Shown here piece by piece: positions 59,228 to 64,000 of a stretch of 64,000 nucleotides of DNA. The DNA comes from Candidatus Omnitrophota bacterium (GTDB lineage: Bacteria; Omnitrophota; Gorgyraeia; Gorgyraeales; Gorgyraeaceae). The DNA is taken from positions 28,007-92,006 of the forward strand of contig JBDRCN010000051.1 of the NCBI GenBank assembly GCA_043821705.1, read 5' to 3'. The translations under genes and the position numbers were made by a program. The notes beneath the pieces were generated by a model that saw nothing but the letters and a program-made list of their open reading frames with translations, was not told where the DNA came from and ran no database searches. Position 1 is the stretch's first letter; the number at the start of each line of letters is the position of its first letter.

Positions 59228-59652
59228 AAGTAGCTATCAGGGACCTGCAGGACAAGGTAAAGATAGATAAAAGAAGGGCGACGAAGCTTACAGAAGCTGT
59301 ATTAAAGAAAATGGGAGAGGGTCTTACAGAAGTGAGCCTGATGTTCGTGGATGATCTTTATATCAGGCGGCTAAACCAAAAATATCTAGGCATTGATTCT
59401 TCTACGGATGTATTGGCTTTTTCCATGAGAGAAGGCGAGGGGCTCTCAGATGCTAGCCCGATATTAGGGGATGTAGTGATATCTACTGAAACTGCAAAAC
59501 GAGAGGCTATTAAAAGAAAAAAGAATGTCCAGGATGAGACAGATCTATACTTAGTCCATGGTTTGCTGCACTTATTGGGATATGATGATAGGACCAAAAA
59601 AGATAAAAAGAAGATGAGGCTTAAAGAAAAAGAACTTATGGAGGAAAGGTGA
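59224..59652 (+). CDS. ybeY: Endoribonuclease YbeY (rRNA maturation)
   Basis: HGLLHLLGYDD zinc-binding motif. Confidence 0.9.
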   Translation: MKVAIRDLQDKVKIDKRRATKLTEAVLKKMGEGLTEVSLMFVDDLYIRRLNQKYLGIDSSTDVLAFSMREGEGLSDASPILGDVVISTETAKREAIKRKKNVQDETDLYLVHGLLHLLGYDDRTKKDKKKMRLKEKELMEER

Positions 59653-60350
59653 AGCAGGGAAGGTTGGTCGATAGTTTTAATTCAGCTATAGAGGGTTTTA
59701 TATATGTCTTTAAGACCCAGCGCAACATGAGGCTTCATTTCTTAGTAGGGCTTTTGGCAGTCCTCTTAGGAGTGTTCTTGGATCTTTCAAACATTGAAAT
59801 AGTCGTACTCTGTCTTACAATAGCCTTCGTGCTGTTTGCAGAGATGTTGAATACTGCGATCGAGCATACGATCGACCTGATAAAAGATGAATTTCACCCA
59901 TTAGCTAGGATAATAAAAGATATATGTGCAGGCGCAGTGCTCTTAAGCGCAGCAGCATCTCTACTAATAGGCTACATATTGTTTGTGAGCAGAATGGGTT
60001 TTAGGATAGAACAGAATATCCTAAAGATAAGAGAATCAAGTTGGCATATCACATTTATAATCCTTCTTGCAATTTTAGCATTAGTAGTTTTAAGCAAGAT
60101 ATTTCTTCATAGCGGTACTCCTTTTAGAGGGGGTATGCCAAGCGGACATAGTGCAGTAGCATTCTCTATATGGGTAATAATGTCGCTTTTATACCCATAT
60201 AGACTGGTGATCTTTCTTGTGTTCATCTTAGCATTTTTAATAGCTAGAAGCAGGATAAGGGACAAAGTCCATTCTCCGCTAGAAGTCTTTATAGGAGCAG
60301 TTTTAGGCGTGACAGTGACCATCTTTCTTTATCAATTATTAAGGAGTTAG
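59649..60350 (+). CDS. dgkA: Diacylglycerol/undecaprenol kinase (DgkA) fused to a C-terminal PAP2-like phosphatase domain
   Basis: The N-terminal ~120 aa is DgkA (AIEGFIYVFKTQRNMRLHF...EMLNTAIEHTID). The C-terminal part has a PSGHS motif in TM context. Confidence 0.65.
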   Translation: MKQGRLVDSFNSAIEGFIYVFKTQRNMRLHFLVGLLAVLLGVFLDLSNIEIVVLCLTIAFVLFAEMLNTAIEHTIDLIKDEFHPLARIIKDICAGAVLLSAAASLLIGYILFVSRMGFRIEQNILKIRESSWHITFIILLAILALVVLSKIFLHSGTPFRGGMPSGHSAVAFSIWVIMSLLYPYRLVIFLVFILAFLIARSRIRDKVHSPLEVFIGAVLGVTVTIFLYQLLRS

Positions 60351-60391
60351 ATATGTAATCTAAACTAAGGGCAAATTTTTTAACAGGTTCT

Positions 60392-61003
60392 TTGATAGTC
60401 ATACCAGCAGTGCTTACCTTCTGGGTGTTTTATTTTATTATTCAAAAACTAAATTTTTTATTATTAGACCCTATTGCAGGCTTTCTAAATAGATGGCTGC
60501 CCATAGAGAACATAGAAGTGCTTAGCAAGATAGCAATATTCTTCTTAGTACTTATTCTTTTAGTGCTGATAGGGTTTGCTGCCAGAATAATACTTATCAG
60601 GAACATATTTGGATTTGGTGAAAAGATCCTCTATAGAGTACCTATGATAAGTACTGTCTATAGGACCATAAAAGAGATATCATTAGCGTTTTTTATACAG
60701 AAGAACACTATATTTAAACGAGCAGTATTGATAGAATATCCAAGAAAAGGCCTTTATCAGCTAGGATTTGTAGTATCAGAGCCTATGGGAGAGGTCCAGG
60801 AAAAGACAAAAGAGAATATCATAAATGTATTTGTCCCGACAACCCCAAACCCTACTTCAGGTATGCTGGTCCTCGTGCCTAAGGAAGAAGTTATGTCCTT
60901 AGGCATGTCTATTCCAGAGGCTATGAAGATGATCATTTCAGGAGGAGCTGTATTCCCAAAGAATCACAATGGCTATTCAAAAGACAGAGGCGCTACTGCT
61001 TAA
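60392..61003 (+). CDS. DUF502-family membrane protein
   Basis: Two N-terminal TM segments and a YRVPMISTVY...VLIEYPRKGLYQLGFV motif region. Confidence 0.6.
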   Translation: MIVIPAVLTFWVFYFIIQKLNFLLLDPIAGFLNRWLPIENIEVLSKIAIFFLVLILLVLIGFAARIILIRNIFGFGEKILYRVPMISTVYRTIKEISLAFFIQKNTIFKRAVLIEYPRKGLYQLGFVVSEPMGEVQEKTKENIINVFVPTTPNPTSGMLVLVPKEEVMSLGMSIPEAMKMIISGGAVFPKNHNGYSKDRGATA

Positions 61004-61607
61004 AAAAAGGGACCTGAGGGAAACGAGCCTTATCCTGAGTTTTTATACAAGGGATTTTGGTAAGATACATGGTATATTAAAGGGCGCAAGAGGATCCAGG
61101 GCTAGAAATACTACCAAGCCGCTTTTCTTTAGCCTGGATAACGTGGTATTTTATGAAAGCAAAAGAGATATTTTTACAATATCACAGTGCGAGGCTGAGA
61201 AGCTCTTTTTAAATATACTGAAAGATTGGGATAGGCTATCCATCGCGTACTATATATTAGAGTTGGTGGATATGTTTACTGAGCCTGGGGAAAAGGACGA
61301 AGCTATCTTTGAAAGCTTGCTAAAAGCCATAACATCTTTGGATGAAAAAAAAGAGCCCAGGTCCATTGCAAGGCTTTTTGAGATAAATCTTTTAAAATGT
61401 ATCGGGCTTTGGGCTGGCAGCGAAGATAAAAATGTCTCAAAAGGAGCAATGTCCACGCTTCTCTGCTATGAGAACGAGTCTTGGCTTACATCAGCAAAGA
61501 TAAAATTGAGCCGTGACATTGAAAAAGAGATAAGCACGATCACTAAGGAGATAATAACGAATAATATTCATAGGCCACTTAAAACCCTAAAGATGATAGA
61601 GGGGTAA
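60969..61607 (+). CDS. recO: DNA repair protein RecO
   Basis: An N-terminal OB-fold (TEALLLKKRDLRETSLILSFYTRDFGKIHGILKGAR) and a C-terminal helical domain. Confidence 0.8.
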   Translation: MAIQKTEALLLKKRDLRETSLILSFYTRDFGKIHGILKGARGSRARNTTKPLFFSLDNVVFYESKRDIFTISQCEAEKLFLNILKDWDRLSIAYYILELVDMFTEPGEKDEAIFESLLKAITSLDEKKEPRSIARLFEINLLKCIGLWAGSEDKNVSKGAMSTLLCYENESWLTSAKIKLSRDIEKEISTITKEIITNNIHRPLKTLKMIEG

Positions 61608-61611
61608 TGTC

Positions 61612-62472
61612 ATGAAAAAACTTTCCTTTATTGATGTAGTAGATAAGCTAAATGATTTTTGGAAGAAAAAAGGATGCGTGCTTTTGGAAGGCCTTGATAC
61701 TGAGGTAGGTGCTGGCACGTTTCATCCAGCAACATTTTTTAAATCCCTTGGAACTGATAAGTGGAGGACAGCTTATGTGCAGGCCTCTAGGCGTCCGACA
61801 GACGGGAGATATGCTGATAATCCTTTAAGAATGCAGTATTATTACCAATATCAGGTCCTTATCAAACCAAGCCCTAGAGATATTAAAAATATATATTTGG
61901 ATAGCTTGAAGGCATTGGGCGTAGACATAGATAAACATGAGATAAGATTTGTTGAAGATGACTGGGAATCCCCGACATTAGGAGCTTCTGGCTTAGGATG
62001 GGAAGTATGGTTGGATAGCCTAGAGATAACGCAGTTTACATATTTTCAAGCTATAGGAGGCATAGAACTAGACTTTGTTCCCTGTGAGATAACTTATGGT
62101 CTTGAACGTATATGTATGTTCATCCAGAAAAAGTTTAACATATACGACCTTGATTGGCAGTCGGAGTCAAAGCCAAGATTTAGTTATGGGGACCTGCATA
62201 AAGAGCAAGAGATACAGGGCTCTAGATATAATTTCGAAGAAGCAAACATTGACATGTATCTTAATCTTTTTGAGTCTTTTGAAAAAGAAGCAAAGGCGCT
62301 TTTAGCCAAGGACCTTCTTTACCCAGCATATAGCTTTGTATTAAAAGCATCGCATGCATTTAATGTGCTTGATGCAAGGGGTGCTGTCAGTCAAAGCGAA
62401 AGGCCGCGCTATATAGGAAGGATCAGGTCCCTTGCTAAAAAATGTGCTGAAAATTATTTAAACAAATTATGA
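61612..62472 (+). CDS. glyQ: Glycine--tRNA ligase alpha subunit
   Basis: Highly conserved GlyQ sequence (FHPATFF...YYQYQV). Confidence 0.95.
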   Translation: MKKLSFIDVVDKLNDFWKKKGCVLLEGLDTEVGAGTFHPATFFKSLGTDKWRTAYVQASRRPTDGRYADNPLRMQYYYQYQVLIKPSPRDIKNIYLDSLKALGVDIDKHEIRFVEDDWESPTLGASGLGWEVWLDSLEITQFTYFQAIGGIELDFVPCEITYGLERICMFIQKKFNIYDLDWQSESKPRFSYGDLHKEQEIQGSRYNFEEANIDMYLNLFESFEKEAKALLAKDLLYPAYSFVLKASHAFNVLDARGAVSQSERPRYIGRIRSLAKKCAENYLNKL

Positions 62473-64000
62473 AAAGATTCCTACTAGAGATCATTACTGA
62501 AGAGCTTCCTGCTAGCTATGTAGTACCAGCCTTAGAAAGCATGAAAGCTAGTTTTATGAAAGAATTTGAGAGATTCTCTATAGATAATGATCCTGCAAGC
62601 ATCATAGGGGACTTAGGCACCAAGAATAACTTATCTTTTAGCATAGAACTTGCTGTTAAACAAAAAGAAGCCCAGGAAGAGATATTAGGCCCGCCCAAGA
62701 GGATCGCATTTGATGATTCTGGAAAATTTACCAAGCAGGCACTGGGATTCGCAAATAAATTAGGAGTAAGGCCAGATGACCTAAAAATAAAAAACACCCC
62801 AAGGGGTGAGTATATAGTAGTAGAGAAGAAAGAAAAAGCCCGCAACACGAAAGACATCTTAAAAGAGATCATACCTAATATAATAAAGAATCTACATTTT
62901 CCAAAGACCATGAAGTGGGATGATTCTGGAGTGAGATTTGCTCGTCCAATAGAATCGATCGTGGTCTTGTTTGGCAGTGAAAATGTTTCTGTGAAAATAG
63001 GGGATATTCCTCAATCAAAAAAGCCAGCCAAGAGGAACTGCATCGCTAATATTTCCAAGAGAAAAGAAAAGATATCAAAAGAGATAGAAAAGTGCCTTTT
63101 AAAATTAAAAGCGGACATGGCCATAGATCAGGCCCTTTTAAAAGAAGTGAATTTTTTAGTGAATTCTCCAAAAGTCTTCACAGGGGAGTTCAGTAAAAAG
63201 TTTTTGGAGTTGCCTCAGGATGTTCTTAGGGCGAGTATGGCAAAACACCAGAGGATATTTCCGGTGTTGAAAAAAGGAAAACTCATAAATAAATTCATCG
63301 CAGTAATAGAAGATGGAAAAAAACGTGATCTAAACGCAATAAAAAGAAACTATGAATTTATTTTGGAAGCAAAATTAAAAGATTCACTCTTTTTCTTCGT
63401 CGAGGATGCTAAAAAACTTCTTATTGATAAGAAGACCCAATTAAAAGACTTGATTTTTCAAAAAGGATTAGGTAATATGTTCGAAAAAACAGAACGCCTG
63501 AAGAATATCTCTTTATTTATCTCCAGCGAAATAGGCCTGGAGGGTTCTTTGAAAAAAAATATTACTAGAGCAGCGGATATCTGTAAAGTAGACCTAGTCA
63601 CTCATATGGTAGGAGAATTTCCAAGTCTTCAGGGAATAATGGGCAGTGTTTATGCCCTTAAAGATAAGGAGAAAAAAGAAGTCTCCTTAGCTATAAGAGA
63701 CCATTACCTGCCTCAAGGTGCGGATGACAGTTTGCCGTCTACTCTAGAAGGATCCATCTTAGCGCTGAGCGACAAGATGGATAATATAGTAGGTTTTTTG
63801 GGAATGGCTATAAAAAACATCAGCGGGAGCTTTGATCCTTATGGAGTAAGAAGGAACTCCCTGGGTATTATAAAGATCTTAAAAGAAAAATCCATCAATA
63901 TCGACCTGGAAAAGCTGCTTGATAAGTCAATAGAACTTTACGGAGACAAATTAAGAGTTGAGACATCAGAATTCAAGAAACAGGTCTTAGATTATCTCAA
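62469..64000 (+). CDS. glyS: Glycine--tRNA ligase beta subunit, 3'-truncated by the window edge
   Basis: The frame stays open from the ATG at 62469 (MKRFLLEIITEELPASYVVPA...) to the window end. It overlaps the glyQ stop by 4 nt. Confidence 0.85.
   Translation, partial: MKRFLLEIITEELPASYVVPALESMKASFMKEFERFSIDNDPASIIGDLGTKNNLSFSIELAVKQKEAQEEILGPPKRIAFDDSGKFTKQALGFANKLGVRPDDLKIKNTPRGEYIVVEKKEKARNTKDILKEIIPNIIKNLHFPKTMKWDDSGVRFARPIESIVVLFGSENVSVKIGDIPQSKKPAKRNCIANISKRKEKISKEIEKCLLKLKADMAIDQALLKEVNFLVNSPKVFTGEFSKKFLELPQDVLRASMAKHQRIFPVLKKGKLINKFIAVIEDGKKRDLNAIKRNYEFILEAKLKDSLFFFVEDAKKLLIDKKTQLKDLIFQKGLGNMFEKTERLKNISLFISSEIGLEGSLKKNITRAADICKVDLVTHMVGEFPSLQGIMGSVYALKDKEKKEVSLAIRDHYLPQGADDSLPSTLEGSILALSDKMDNIVGFLGMAIKNISGSFDPYGVRRNSLGIIKILKEKSINIDLEKLLDKSIELYGDKLRVETSEFKKQVLDYL

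Overview
This 64 kb window looks like part of a low-GC, gene-dense bacterial chromosome, probably from a diderm organism. Evidence for diderm: a TonB/BtuB-type outer-membrane receptor with a C-terminal Phe, an LpxL-like acyltransferase, and REP palindromes with a RAYT-type transposase. Most of the window is core housekeeping, with many overlapping start and stop codons. The housekeeping genes include rpsO-pnp, uppP, ftsK, rimO, pgsA-pgpA, cinA, recA, alaS, hisD, lipB-lipA, groES-groEL, dnaE, hup, hisS-aspS, phoH, a 7TM-HD protein, ybeY, dgkA, recO and glyQ-glyS. The main accessory feature, at roughly 1.8-10.7 kb, is a candidate RiPP (ribosomally synthesised, post-translationally modified peptide) biosynthetic island. 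It sits between glycosyltransferase genes of a cell-envelope polysaccharide locus. It contains three tandem paralogous radical-SAM/SPASM enzymes, the first fused to an HPr-kinase-like P-loop domain. It also contains two small Cys-rich precursor peptides with a PqqA-like leader. The second precursor carries an in-frame TAG where the first has Trp. The island further includes a nucleotidyltransferase-like protein, a PqqD-like recognition protein, an S24/S26-type peptidase and an ABC exporter. Other notable items follow. There is a cobalamin salvage/uptake locus (cobO-btuFCD, then a B12 riboswitch, a BtuB-like receptor and TonB). There is a REP-flanked RAYT transposase plus a solitary REP. There is a CIRCE operator ahead of groES. 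A GC-rich ~90-nt structured repeat occurs twice with compensatory base changes, flanking a moxR-DUF58-DUF4129 operon, each copy just upstream of a promoter. Two unusually long, structured intergenic regions follow groEL and dnaE. No rRNA, tRNA or CRISPR array was recognised.
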